A stretch of DNA of 64,000 nucleotides from an uncultured Anaerolinea sp. Lineage in GTDB: Bacteria; Chloroflexota; Anaerolineae; Anaerolineales; Villigracilaceae. This document shows positions 54,877 through 64,000 of the stretch, one piece after another. The stretch is from contig CAZKSG010000001.1 of NCBI GenBank assembly GCA_964555335.1, positions 7,336-71,335 on the forward strand. Reading direction: 5' to 3'. Position numbers and translations under genes: made by a program. Positions within the stretch are counted from its first letter, which is position 1, and each line of letters begins with the position of its first letter. The notes under the pieces were generated by a model that saw only the letters and a program-made list of their open reading frames with translations, ran no database searches and had not been told where the DNA came from.

Positions 54877-55980
54877 ATGAAAAGTGGAAAACAACAGAAA
54901 CGTGTTGCCAGCCTGATCGTGAATGGAACGCTGCTCCTGCTGGTGATCTTATGGACAATCCCAACCATGGGTATCTTCGTCTCTTCCTTTCGCAACAGGG
55001 ATGAAATCGCTACATCGGGCTGGTGGAAGGTATTCCCATATCGTGATTGGAGACCGGTCAGTGAAATAGACCCCAAAGCGACTGGGCTCAATCCTGACGA
55101 GATCATGGAAATAGAAGGCGCTACAGGTACCTTTGAAGAGTTTCGGGCAGGTATCCAAACCCCGGATGGCAAGCGGATCACGTGGATTGGAAACAAACGC
55201 ATTGGCAAGGTTGAGGTTCAGGAAAGAGTCTGGACGGTGGACTGGAATTTTTCGCTTGACAACTATAAACAAGTCCTGGGTGGGCAGGAGTTCAAATTCA
55301 CCCGGCCCGATGGGACTGTGGAAATCGTCCCAGGCGACAACATGAACAATGCTTTTTTGAACAGCCTGTCTGTGGCCGTCCCATCCACAGTCATCCCCAT
55401 TCTGATCGCAGCATTTGCAGCCTATGCGTTTGCCTGGATGAAATTCCCAGGGCGGCGCGGGATGTTCATCATGGTCGTTGCATTGCTGGTGGTCCCATTA
55501 CAGATTGCGTTGGTGCCCATCCTGCGCGACTATAAAACACTCAACCTCAATGGCACCTTCCTGGCGATCTGGCTTGCGCATACCGGCTTTGGATTGGCGC
55601 TGGCGACCTATCTGCTCTACAACTATATAAGCGGCCTGCCGCGTGATATTTTGGAGTCAGCGTTTATCGATGGAGCCTCCCACTTCACCGTGTTCACACG
55701 GCTGATCCTACCGCTTTCATTGCCTGCACTCGCTTCCTTTGCCATCTTCCAGTTCCTTTGGGTCTGGAATGATTATCTCGTGGCGTTGATATTCCTGGGC
55801 GGCAACCCCGAGTTCGAACTGGTGACACAGCGTATGGCTGCCATCGTCGGTTCACGCGGAAGCGAATGGCATTTGTTAACAGCTGGTGCGTTCGTATCGA
55901 TGGTCCTGCCGTTGTTGGTCTTCTTCTCATTGCAGCGATACTTCGTGCGTGGTCTGTTAGCTGGTTCTGTCAAAGGATAA
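54877..55980 (+). CDS. Sugar ABC transporter permease (MalG/AglG-like) with an enlarged first external loop
   Basis: EAA loop ESAFIDGASHFTVFTRLILP. A loop of about 130 aa follows TM1. Confidence 0.85.
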   Translation: MKSGKQQKRVASLIVNGTLLLLVILWTIPTMGIFVSSFRNRDEIATSGWWKVFPYRDWRPVSEIDPKATGLNPDEIMEIEGATGTFEEFRAGIQTPDGKRITWIGNKRIGKVEVQERVWTVDWNFSLDNYKQVLGGQEFKFTRPDGTVEIVPGDNMNNAFLNSLSVAVPSTVIPILIAAFAAYAFAWMKFPGRRGMFIMVVALLVVPLQIALVPILRDYKTLNLNGTFLAIWLAHTGFGLALATYLLYNYISGLPRDILESAFIDGASHFTVFTRLILPLSLPALASFAIFQFLWVWNDYLVALIFLGGNPEFELVTQRMAAIVGSRGSEWHLLTAGAFVSMVLPLLVFFSLQRYFVRGLLAGSVKG

Positions 55981-56076
55981 GTGCAGACTGGCGATTGAGT
56001 CAGAAACATAAGGCTGCCCGTTTCCAATTGGATCGGGTAGCCTTTCTCACAGGTGGCTAGTTTATCCCTTTTCGAT

Positions 56077-56559
56077 ATGGCAGATACCAGATCTGAAACA
56101 ATGGATTGGACATTTTGGTTTTATTGGATCATGACCACCACCCTGGGTTGGGTTTTGGGCGGTACCCTTTTCAATGGAATACCGTTGGTCATATCCGGTG
56201 TTGTGATTGCTGGTTTCCAATGGACAGTCCTATACAAACGTATCCAGAAAGCCTGGCAATGGTTTGTCCTGAGTTCACTAGGGTGGATCATCGGGTACAT
56301 CTTCTTCGTGATTTTCATTCCAGATGGACTAGGATTTCTAGTTGGACCGATCATGGGTGGCACACTTGGAATACTGCAGTGGATTTTCTTGAAGAAACAA
56401 TTTGAATGGGCAGGTTGGTGGATTCCAATCAGCATTCTTGCCTGGACAACTGGCTTAACCCTGATGCCTGGCGCTCTTACTTCAGGGTCCTTGCCTGGAG
56501 CGTTGACCGGGTTGACCCTGGTGATATTATTCAGATACTCTCGATTGAAAACAGGTTGA
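56077..56559 (+). CDS. Small Trp/Gly-rich membrane protein with internal repeats
   Basis: Four to six hydrophobic segments. The motif LGW..G......G.....G...G..QW..L.K occurs twice. No family was recognised. Confidence 0.5.
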   Translation: MADTRSETMDWTFWFYWIMTTTLGWVLGGTLFNGIPLVISGVVIAGFQWTVLYKRIQKAWQWFVLSSLGWIIGYIFFVIFIPDGLGFLVGPIMGGTLGILQWIFLKKQFEWAGWWIPISILAWTTGLTLMPGALTSGSLPGALTGLTLVILFRYSRLKTG

Positions 56560-56597
56560 AGATTTCTTGTGTAAATTTAACCTTTCAGGATTGAATA

Positions 56598-58196
56598 ATG
56601 CATAACGACGAACTTTGGTACAAGGATGCTGTTTTCTATCAGATCTCCGTACGTGCCTTTAAAGACAGCGACGGCGACGGCTACGGCGATCTACGCGGCC
56701 TTGAGGAAAGACTCGACTATATCCGCAAATTGGGTATTGATTGCATCTGGCTTATGCCAATTTATCCTTCGCCCCTGCGTGATGACGGCTACGATATTGC
56801 GGATTATTACAACATCGCAGAGATGTACGGGACTCTGGATGACCTGAAATCCCTGATCAAAACCGCGCATTCGCTGGGTATCCGCATCATCATGGACCTG
56901 GTGCTAAATCACACATCGGATGAACATCCGTGGTTCAAGGCATCCCGTTCCGATCGAAACTCGCCCTATCGAGAGTATTACGTCTGGAGCGACACCGACC
57001 AGAAATACAAGAACACGCGCATCATCTTTCTGGATACCGAACCCTCCAACTGGACCTGGGACGAAACCACCGGTCAATATTACTGGCATCGCTTCTATGC
57101 AAGCCAGCCCGACCTGAATTTCGATAATCCCAAAGTGCAGGAGGAGATGCTCAATGTGGCGCGCTTCTGGCTGGACCTTGGGATCGATGGCTTTCGAGCA
57201 GACGCGATCCCCTACCTTTTTGAGCGCGAAGGCACGAGTTGCGAAAACCTGCCAGAAACCCATGCATACCTCAAAAGGCTCCGCGCCTTCATAGATCAGG
57301 ATTTTCCAGACAGAATTCTGTTGTGTGAAGCAAATCAATGGCCTGAAGATGTGCGTCCTTACTTTGGCGATGGCGACGAATTCCACATGGGCTTTCACTT
57401 CCCGATCATGCCGCGTATTTACATGGCACTCAAAAAGGAACGTCCCGATGACATGATCGAGATCCTCCGTCGCACGCCGCCCATTCCGGGGAATTGCCAG
57501 TGGTGTACCTTCCTCCGCAACCACGATGAATTGACCCTTGAAATGGTCACGCCTGAAGAGCGCGATTGGATGTGGCAGCAATACGCGCCTGAACCGCGCA
57601 TGAAATTAAATCTCGGCATTCGCCGCCGTCTTTCATCGTTGCTTGATAATGATCGCCGTAAAATTGAACTGGCAAATTCACTGTTATTCACACTTCCCGG
57701 CTCACCGATCATTTACTACGGCGATGAGATTGGCATGGGCGATAACCTTGACCTTTTCGACCGTAACGGTGTCCGTACCCCCATGCAATGGGATGGTTCA
57801 CCCAATGCAGGCTTCACAACCGGCAAGCCGTTCACCGAATTTGTCCAGGGGGATCTGTCTTATGAACATGTCAACATTGCCAGCCAGATGGAAGATCAAG
57901 ACTCGCTCTTTCATTCCATTAGCCGCATGGTGAACGTCCGCAAAGAGCATCACACATTTGGACGTGGAACGATGGAGTGGATCGAGACAGATAATCCACA
58001 CTTTGCAGTGTACACGCGTAAATATCAGGATGAGACATTATTGATCGTCAATAATCTGAGCGGTTCATCGCAGACAATTTCGCTTTCCCCTGAATATCAC
58101 GCTGATTATGTTGAATTGATCTCAGGTACCGACCATCCCATCCGTTCGTCCTTCGCGCTCCCACCGTACGCTCATCTCTGGCTAAAGAGAAAATAA
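56598..58196 (+). CDS. treS: GH13 maltose alpha-D-glucosyltransferase / trehalose synthase
   Basis: [64 protein letters not shown] and [11 protein letters not shown]. Confidence 0.7.
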   Translation: MHNDELWYKDAVFYQISVRAFKDSDGDGYGDLRGLEERLDYIRKLGIDCIWLMPIYPSPLRDDGYDIADYYNIAEMYGTLDDLKSLIKTAHSLGIRIIMDLVLNHTSDEHPWFKASRSDRNSPYREYYVWSDTDQKYKNTRIIFLDTEPSNWTWDETTGQYYWHRFYASQPDLNFDNPKVQEEMLNVARFWLDLGIDGFRADAIPYLFEREGTSCENLPETHAYLKRLRAFIDQDFPDRILLCEANQWPEDVRPYFGDGDEFHMGFHFPIMPRIYMALKKERPDDMIEILRRTPPIPGNCQWCTFLRNHDELTLEMVTPEERDWMWQQYAPEPRMKLNLGIRRRLSSLLDNDRRKIELANSLLFTLPGSPIIYYGDEIGMGDNLDLFDRNGVRTPMQWDGSPNAGFTTGKPFTEFVQGDLSYEHVNIASQMEDQDSLFHSISRMVNVRKEHHTFGRGTMEWIETDNPHFAVYTRKYQDETLLIVNNLSGSSQTISLSPEYHADYVELISGTDHPIRSSFALPPYAHLWLKRK

Positions 58197-58233
58197 TTTC
58201 ATCGATCGAATATCAAACTAATGTAGGGTAGCA

Positions 58234-60324
58234 ATGCCAATCCATACTTCTCCTAATTATTGGATTCTTGAAACTCAGCACACAGCCTATGCTTTTGGTT
58301 TAAACAAGGAGAACCTGGTAACTCATTGTTACTGGGGCGCACGTCTTCCTTTTGTAAAGGATTACCCTTTGCCTTTCAACCCTACATATTGGGCATCGCC
58401 TGGCGGACCTCATCACTATGTGCCGGAGGAGTATCCCGGTTACGCAAGTACAAAATATGTTGACCCGGTTCTCAAGGTCACCTTCGCGGATGATGTACGG
58501 GATGTGGTGTTGACCTATGTTGACTTTACCGTTTCCGCCTCACCCCAGCCGACACTTGCCCTGCGATTAAAAGATGCCTACTACCCGCTGCAGGTGACTC
58601 TCCATTATCGCGTCCACGAGGAATATGATCTGATCGAACGCTGGGTGACGTTGGAGAATCTTGGTACCGAGCCCATTCAGATCGAACGCGTCTTCTCTGC
58701 CAAATTGACTCTCCCACAGGGTGATGACTACTCATGGACACACCTCTACGGGCAGCACATCGACGAATTCAATATGAAGCGTGAAACATTGACGCCCGGT
58801 CTAAAGGTTATTGAAAGCCGACGTATTATTACAAGTCATCGCGCTGTGCCATGGTTTGCAGTGGACAGAAACGCAAGCGAAGATTCTGGTGAGGTCTGGT
58901 TTGGCACATTATCGTGGAGCGGCAACTTCAAGCTTACTGCCGAAGTGACCGAGTTTGCCTCCACTCGCATCATGATTGGATTGAATGATTGGGACTTTGC
59001 GTGGAAACTTATGCCCGGCCAACCGTTCATCACGCCGTCCGCCATCAGTGGCTATACCCAAAACGGATTCAGTACTGCCAGCCATATTTTCCATGATTAT
59101 GTGCGGAACGAACTCATACCGCATGGTAAGACATTGCACAAGATCCTCTACAATTCATGGGAGGCGACCCTCTTCGATGTGGACGAGGCCTCACAATCGA
59201 AACTCGCGGATATTGCTGCAGACATGGGTGTGGAACTCTTTGTGATGGATGATGGCTGGTTCAATGGGCGCAACAGTGATAATGCCGGTTTGGGCGATTG
59301 GTTTCCAGATAGCGTCAAGTTCCCGAATGGACTCGGCGGTTTGATCAAACGGGTCAACGATCTTGGCATGGACTTTGGTTTGTGGGTGGAGCCCGAGATG
59401 GTTAACCCAAATAGCGAACTGTATCGCGCTCATCACGACTGGGTCATTCACTTTCCCACCCGCGCGAGGACCGAAAGCCGTAATCAACTCATCCTCAACA
59501 TGGCACGGGAGGATGTGCAGAATTACATCATTGATACGCTCGATAAACTGCTCAGTGAGAACAACATCGCCTTCATCAAATGGGATATGAATCGCGGCGT
59601 GAGCGAACCTGGCTGGGCAGACGCTCCGGGCGACCAGCGTGAAATTTGGGTACGCTATGTGCAAGGTTTGTATCATGTATGGGACATCCTGCGTCAGCGA
59701 CATCCGGATGTCATTTGGCAATCCTGTGCCAGTGGCGGCGGGCGAGCCGACTTCGGCATCCTCAAATTTGCTGATCAGGTTTGGACAAGCGATAACACCG
59801 AAGCCACAGCACGTCTATCCATTCAGGAAGGGTATTCGCAATATCTCCCGGCCAATACCATGGAAGCCTGGGTGACGGATTGGGGCAGGGGACTTGTGCC
59901 GCTCGAATTTCGGTTTCACGTCAGCATGTGCGGATCGCTTGGGGTGGGAGGAAACCTCCTTGAATGGGATCAAGCTGAACGTCAGCTTGGAAGCGAATGC
60001 ATCCGCTTGTACAAGGAGATTCGTCACGTCATCCAATTTGGCGACCAGTATCGTTTGATCTCGCCGCAGAAGAACAGCTATTCTGCAGTGCAATATGTCA
60101 GCAAGGATAAAAGTGATGGCGTGCTGTTTGTTTTTCGCACTCACATCCCTGATCCGTTCTACATCCCAATGATCTATCTGCGCGGACTCGACCCTCGGGC
60201 GCTTTATTCAATCGAAGGCTTTGAAGGGACTCGTTCTGGATTGGCATGGATGGAAGCAGGCTTGAGAGTAGACTTGAATAATTTTCAAAGCAAAGTCTTG
60301 CGGATTCATCGTATCCCATCCTGA
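58234..60324 (+). CDS. GH36 alpha-galactosidase
   Basis: F.MDDGWF..R..D..GLGDW, IKWDMNR, ASGGGR and DNTEA blocks. Size about 700 aa. Confidence 0.85.
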   Translation: MPIHTSPNYWILETQHTAYAFGLNKENLVTHCYWGARLPFVKDYPLPFNPTYWASPGGPHHYVPEEYPGYASTKYVDPVLKVTFADDVRDVVLTYVDFTVSASPQPTLALRLKDAYYPLQVTLHYRVHEEYDLIERWVTLENLGTEPIQIERVFSAKLTLPQGDDYSWTHLYGQHIDEFNMKRETLTPGLKVIESRRIITSHRAVPWFAVDRNASEDSGEVWFGTLSWSGNFKLTAEVTEFASTRIMIGLNDWDFAWKLMPGQPFITPSAISGYTQNGFSTASHIFHDYVRNELIPHGKTLHKILYNSWEATLFDVDEASQSKLADIAADMGVELFVMDDGWFNGRNSDNAGLGDWFPDSVKFPNGLGGLIKRVNDLGMDFGLWVEPEMVNPNSELYRAHHDWVIHFPTRARTESRNQLILNMAREDVQNYIIDTLDKLLSENNIAFIKWDMNRGVSEPGWADAPGDQREIWVRYVQGLYHVWDILRQRHPDVIWQSCASGGGRADFGILKFADQVWTSDNTEATARLSIQEGYSQYLPANTMEAWVTDWGRGLVPLEFRFHVSMCGSLGVGGNLLEWDQAERQLGSECIRLYKEIRHVIQFGDQYRLISPQKNSYSAVQYVSKDKSDGVLFVFRTHIPDPFYIPMIYLRGLDPRALYSIEGFEGTRSGLAWMEAGLRVDLNNFQSKVLRIHRIPS

Positions 60325-60344
60325 TAGATAGTCGCATAAATCTT

Positions 60345-60692
60345 ATGGATGATATTTACCGTCCAAATTTTCATTTTACGCCGCCCCACTCGTGGATGAA
60401 CGATCCGAATGGCATGGTCTGGCATGCTGGCATGTATCATCTCTTCTACCAATTTCATCCTGAAAATATGGTTTGGGGGGCATACATTATCAAATTGCGA
60501 ATCTTTATCGATGCCTCATCCGTTGAAGTCTTTGCCAATGATGGGCTGCTTGCATTTACGGAATGTATCTTCCCCAATGAACAAAGCGATGGTCCCGAAC
60601 TCTTTGCCGAAGGCGGCGACCTTATACTCCATTCACTTGATATTTATCAGTTGAACCGTGCCCTATTCCAAATCGGAGAGAATCCTACATGA
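60345..60692 (+). pseudogene. GH32 beta-fructofuranosidase remnant with in-frame internal deletion
   Basis: An N-terminal GH32 block (RPNFHFTPPHSWMNDPNGMVWHAGMYHLFYQFHP...WG) is joined directly to a C-terminal beta-sandwich block (LRIFIDASSVEVFANDG...IFP). The total is 115 aa, whereas intact GH32 enzymes run to several hundred residues. The RDP and EC catalytic blocks are absent. Confidence 0.75.
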
Positions 60693-62632
60693 TCGATATT
60701 GAACACGAAGCAAAACGTACACTCCACCGGCTGCTTCCGCGCGTGGAAAAAGATCTATCGACCAGTATTACATCAGACCCACAGGGCTGGCAGGAATTCA
60801 ACATCAGGCTTCAAAAACATTTTCCGGCTTTGTTTAATTTATATCTCGGCTTGTATGGTACGCGCTATGATTTCTTCTTTCATCTCGAGGATCTGATCGC
60901 CAGCCTGGCACGTTCATGGTTTGCGCGCAACGCAGATCTGCGCCAACTGGACAAAGCTCGGGAACAGAATCCGCTTTGGTTCCAATCGAACCAGATGTTG
61001 GGCGGCGTCTGTTACGTCGATCTGTTTGCTGGAAATCTCGAGGGCGTGAAATCCAAAATCCCATACTTCAAAGAACTCGGTCTCACGTACCTCCATCTCA
61101 TGCCATTGTTCAAGGCGCCTGCGGGCGAGAACGATGGCGGGTACGCGGTCAGCAGTTATCGTGAGGTGCATCCACCGCTGGGGACGATGGAACAGCTTGC
61201 TTCATTGGCGAGGGATTTTCGTGCCGCAGGGATCAGTCTCGTTGTAGACCTTGTGTTCAATCACACATCCGACGAGCATCTTTGGGCGGAGCGCGCCAAA
61301 GCCGGGGATGATGAACATCTGGACTTCTACCGCATCTTTCCCAGCCGGGAGCTGCCCGATGCCTATGAGCGTAATCTCAGAGAGATCTTTCCCGATGAAC
61401 ATCCCGGCGCATTTACATTTTTCTCCAACCTGTTCCAATCCGGCGGTTGGGTGTGGACGACCTTCCATTCCTATCAATGGGATTTGAACTATTCCAACCC
61501 CGCTGTCTTCAATCGTATGGCAGAGGAGATGTTATTCCTCGCTAATCAGGGTGTGGAAGTGATCCGCCTCGATGCGGTTGCCTTTATTTGGAAGGAGATG
61601 GGCACGAATTGCGAAAACCTGCCCCAGGCACATCAATTGATCCGGGCATTCAATGCAGTCGCACGGATCTCTGCTCCCGCCATGCTGTTCAAATCTGAAG
61701 CGATCGTGCATCCCGATGATGTAGTCAAATATATCGACCCTGAGGAATGTCAGCTTTCCTACAATCCGCTCCTGATGGCGCTGCTATGGAATTCACTTGC
61801 CACGCGCAAAATCCGTCTGCTTTCACAGGCGCTTGCCAATCGTTTCAAGATTCACCCTGAAACCGCGTGGGTCAACTACGTACGCGTGCATGATGACATT
61901 GGCTGGACCTTCTCCGATGAAGACGCCGCGATTTTAGGGATGAACGGCTATGATCATCGCCGCTTTCTGAACGAGTTCTATCGCGGCCGCTTTGAAGGTA
62001 GTTTTGCACGCGGGATTCCCTTTCAGGAGAATCCCAAAACTGGCGACTGCCGCATCAGCGGAACATGTGCGTCACTGGCCGGGCTGGAGAAAGCACTCAA
62101 AGAGGATGGCACAGACCAGGTCGAGTTGGCGATTCGTCGCATCTTATTGATTCATGGTGTGATATTAACCGTCGGTGGTATCCCGCTGATTTATCTCGGC
62201 GATGAGATCGGTACACTCAATGATTACACCTACCGCGATGATCCTGCTCATGAACGCGACAGCCGCTGGGTGCATCGTCCACGTGCTGATTGGGAAAAAT
62301 ATGCCAGGCGAAGTGATCCCACTTCGATCGAAGGACGTGTCTATCATGGGTTGCAAAAGCTCATCCAGCTTCGCAAGGAGCACGATGCATTCTCGGGTGG
62401 TGTGCTCGAGATCATCCCCACCGAAAATGAACATGTGCTGGGCTTCACGAGGATGAATGATGGGAAACGTATTGTTGTCTTTGGGAATTTCTCAGAGCAT
62501 CCTCAACCTGTCTCTACCCGCGTTCTGGACCAGTATTCTCTTCGGAATAAAAAAGCCCTGCATGGGATGAGCAACATCCCTTCGCAAGATCATTTGACTC
62601 TCCAGCCTTTGGATCTTTTGGTACTCGGATAG
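60689..62632 (+). CDS. Amylosucrase (GH13 sucrose glucosyltransferase)
   Basis: Amylosucrase-type N-terminal helical domain (F..RL..HFP.LF.L...LYG.R.DFF.HLE.L), YVDLFAG.L.GV...IPY.KELG.TYLHLMPL, LRLDAVAF.WK, SEAIV and RVHDDIGW. It overlaps the GH32 remnant by 4 nt. Confidence 0.8.
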   Translation: MIDIEHEAKRTLHRLLPRVEKDLSTSITSDPQGWQEFNIRLQKHFPALFNLYLGLYGTRYDFFFHLEDLIASLARSWFARNADLRQLDKAREQNPLWFQSNQMLGGVCYVDLFAGNLEGVKSKIPYFKELGLTYLHLMPLFKAPAGENDGGYAVSSYREVHPPLGTMEQLASLARDFRAAGISLVVDLVFNHTSDEHLWAERAKAGDDEHLDFYRIFPSRELPDAYERNLREIFPDEHPGAFTFFSNLFQSGGWVWTTFHSYQWDLNYSNPAVFNRMAEEMLFLANQGVEVIRLDAVAFIWKEMGTNCENLPQAHQLIRAFNAVARISAPAMLFKSEAIVHPDDVVKYIDPEECQLSYNPLLMALLWNSLATRKIRLLSQALANRFKIHPETAWVNYVRVHDDIGWTFSDEDAAILGMNGYDHRRFLNEFYRGRFEGSFARGIPFQENPKTGDCRISGTCASLAGLEKALKEDGTDQVELAIRRILLIHGVILTVGGIPLIYLGDEIGTLNDYTYRDDPAHERDSRWVHRPRADWEKYARRSDPTSIEGRVYHGLQKLIQLRKEHDAFSGGVLEIIPTENEHVLGFTRMNDGKRIVVFGNFSEHPQPVSTRVLDQYSLRNKKALHGMSNIPSQDHLTLQPLDLLVLG

Positions 62633-62781
62633 AGGACATACCCGAGAAGCAAACGAAGCCATCTCTTAAAGGAGGTACACTTCCGGTTTACGAAGCGCAC
62701 TCCTTTTAGACTTGCTGAAAACTCGAATTACGGTGACAATCAGCATCGCACAATTCAATACTATATGTGAGGATGGAATTA

Positions 62782-63252
62782 ATGATCACTGCAGCAACAG
62801 AAGCCGATGGAGCACAAGTCAGGGACATTGCAGCCCGGGCGGGTGTTTTCAACCAGGAGGAGATCGAAACCGTGGCGGCGCTTTGGGAGGACTATTTGAA
62901 TGATGGACCCGTGATCGGCGGATATAACTTTCTCGTGGATAAAGAAGGGGATCACGTGCAGGGGTTTTCCTGTTATGGACCACGCGACCTGACCACCGGT
63001 GTCTTTGACCTGTACTGGATCGCCGTCGATTCCAGCATCCACCGCAAGGGAGTCGGGCGCCGATTGCTGGTCGCCACCGAGGAGCAGGTCCGCCTGGCAA
63101 AGGGACGCATGCTCATTGCGGAGACATCGGGTTCGCCGCAGTACGAACCGACGCGCAACTTCTATTATGGCATGGGATACGCGCTGGAAGCATCCATCAA
63201 GGATTTCTACAGTGTAGGCGATGACCTGGCGATCTTTATCAAGCGCTTCTAA
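62782..63252 (+). CDS. GNAT family N-acetyltransferase
   Basis: The block ...HRKGVGRRLL... is the Q/RxxGxG/A acetyl-CoA motif. Alternative starts lie at 62767 (GTG) and 62773 (ATG). Confidence 0.75.
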   Translation: MITAATEADGAQVRDIAARAGVFNQEEIETVAALWEDYLNDGPVIGGYNFLVDKEGDHVQGFSCYGPRDLTTGVFDLYWIAVDSSIHRKGVGRRLLVATEEQVRLAKGRMLIAETSGSPQYEPTRNFYYGMGYALEASIKDFYSVGDDLAIFIKRF

Positions 63253-63268
63253 CGATGTCTGAAATGCA

Positions 63269-63298
63269 GAAGGCATCTGGTGACACCAGGTGCCTTTT
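63269..63298 (+). terminator. Rho-independent terminator
   Basis: aaggcatctggtg / caccaggtgcctt (one G-U pair) with a 3-nt loop. The T-run overlaps the 3' arm. Confidence 0.7.
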
Positions 63299-63365
63299 TA
63301 CTTAATATTTACCAGTGCCCGGCCAAACAGGCCGCGTTAGAATACACAGTGAAAGGAATTCACAT

Positions 63366-64000
63366 ATGACAACTACACGTATCGAACATGACCTGCTCGG
63401 TGACCGCGAGGTCCCTGCTCACCGTTATTTCGGCATTCAAACCCTGCGCGCGACCGAGAACTTTGACATTACCGGTATCACGATCGCACATTACCCGCGT
63501 CTCATCAAGTCGCTGGCATATATCAAGAAAGCCGCTGCTTTAACCAATCAGGAATTGGGTCTCCTCGACCCTACAATTGCAGACGCCATCTGCCGCGCCT
63601 GCGATGATCTTTTGAACGGAGCCTTACATGATGAATTCGTAGTCGATGTCATCCAGGGCGGCGCGGGTACATCCACCAACATGAACGCCAACGAGGTCAT
63701 CGCCAACCGTGCCTTGGAGTTGCTGGGGTATGAAAAGGGACGATATGACATTTTGCATCCTCTGAATCATGTCAACATGTCACAATCCACAAACGATGTG
63801 TATCCCACCGCGCTGCGTATGACCCTCAGCGAAAAACTGGATGGGTTAATGAAGGAGATGCAATACCTGCGAGATGCGTTCGCCCGTAAGTCGGTCGAGT
63901 TTGGCGATGTGATCAAGATGGGACGCACACAATTGCAGGATGCGGTCCCGATGACGCTCGGGCAGGAGTTCGAAGCCTGGTCGATCATGATCACTGAAGA
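63366..64000 (+). CDS. aspA: Aspartate ammonia-lyase (class II fumarase/aspartase family), 3' end beyond the window
   Basis: This ORF is not in the supplied track because it has no stop in the window. Reading from the ATG at 63366 gives MTTTRIEHDLLGDREVPAHRYFGIQTLRA.ENF, GGAGTSTNMNANEVIANRA, SQSTNDVYPTA and GRTQLQDAVPMTLGQEF. Confidence 0.85.
   Translation, partial: MTTTRIEHDLLGDREVPAHRYFGIQTLRATENFDITGITIAHYPRLIKSLAYIKKAAALTNQELGLLDPTIADAICRACDDLLNGALHDEFVVDVIQGGAGTSTNMNANEVIANRALELLGYEKGRYDILHPLNHVNMSQSTNDVYPTALRMTLSEKLDGLMKEMQYLRDAFARKSVEFGDVIKMGRTQLQDAVPMTLGQEFEAWSIMITE

Overview
The window reads as a contiguous chromosomal segment from a moderately GC-rich bacterium. Gene content suggests a Chloroflexota (Anaerolineae-like) organism, but this is inference only: PT-rich linkers, many YkuD L,D-transpeptidases, non-cellulosomal cohesin/dockerin modules, mevalonate pathway, TreS and amylosucrase. 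No rRNA, tRNA, CRISPR array, transposase or integrase was recognised.

Gene order:
- 1-3.5 kb: recG, coaD and a coiled-coil protein.
- 3.6-14.5 kb: a minus-strand block with an acyltransferase, gluconolactonase, corA, an MFS transporter, a yqhA-like gene, two small coupled genes, four tandem L,D-transpeptidases and a cell-wall amidase.
- 14.6-24 kb: housekeeping genes, namely flavin reductase, AMMECR1, a TPR protein, DUF971, an SH3 protein, a lipid kinase, a Ser/Thr kinase, rpe, rpmB, asp23 and yloV.
- 24-26.3 kb: mvaD and a serine hydrolase. The hydrolase is flanked by a 55-nt direct repeat that is a decayed copy of the mvaD 5' end.
- 26.9-33.1 kb: the most unusual locus. It is an operon of a cytoplasmic FAD/NAD(P)H oxidoreductase, a 23-heme c-type cytochrome with a C-terminal cohesin / CarboxypepD_reg-like / dockerin cassette, a CxxCH protein with the same cassette, and a membrane-anchored single-cohesin protein. 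I interpret this as a possible cellulosome-style scaffold for extracellular electron transfer.
- 34.7-50.7 kb: a more AT-rich Wzx/Wzy-type exopolysaccharide island. It contains two degenerate GGDEF domains that keep the RxxD I-site (one fused to a Wzz co-polymerase), a BcsB-like protein without BcsA, an APH-like kinase, a putative glycoside hydrolase and a GT-C glycosyltransferase.
- 50.9-62.6 kb: a LacI-controlled alpha-glucoside/raffinose-type sugar locus with a binding protein, two permeases and no ATPase, plus TreS, a GH36 alpha-galactosidase, a GH32 remnant with an in-frame internal deletion, and amylosucrase.
- 62.8-64 kb: a GNAT acetyltransferase and a 3'-truncated aspartate ammonia-lyase.

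Many long antisense shadow ORFs in the six-frame track were rejected. All functional calls rest on motifs read by eye from the translations. No database search was run.
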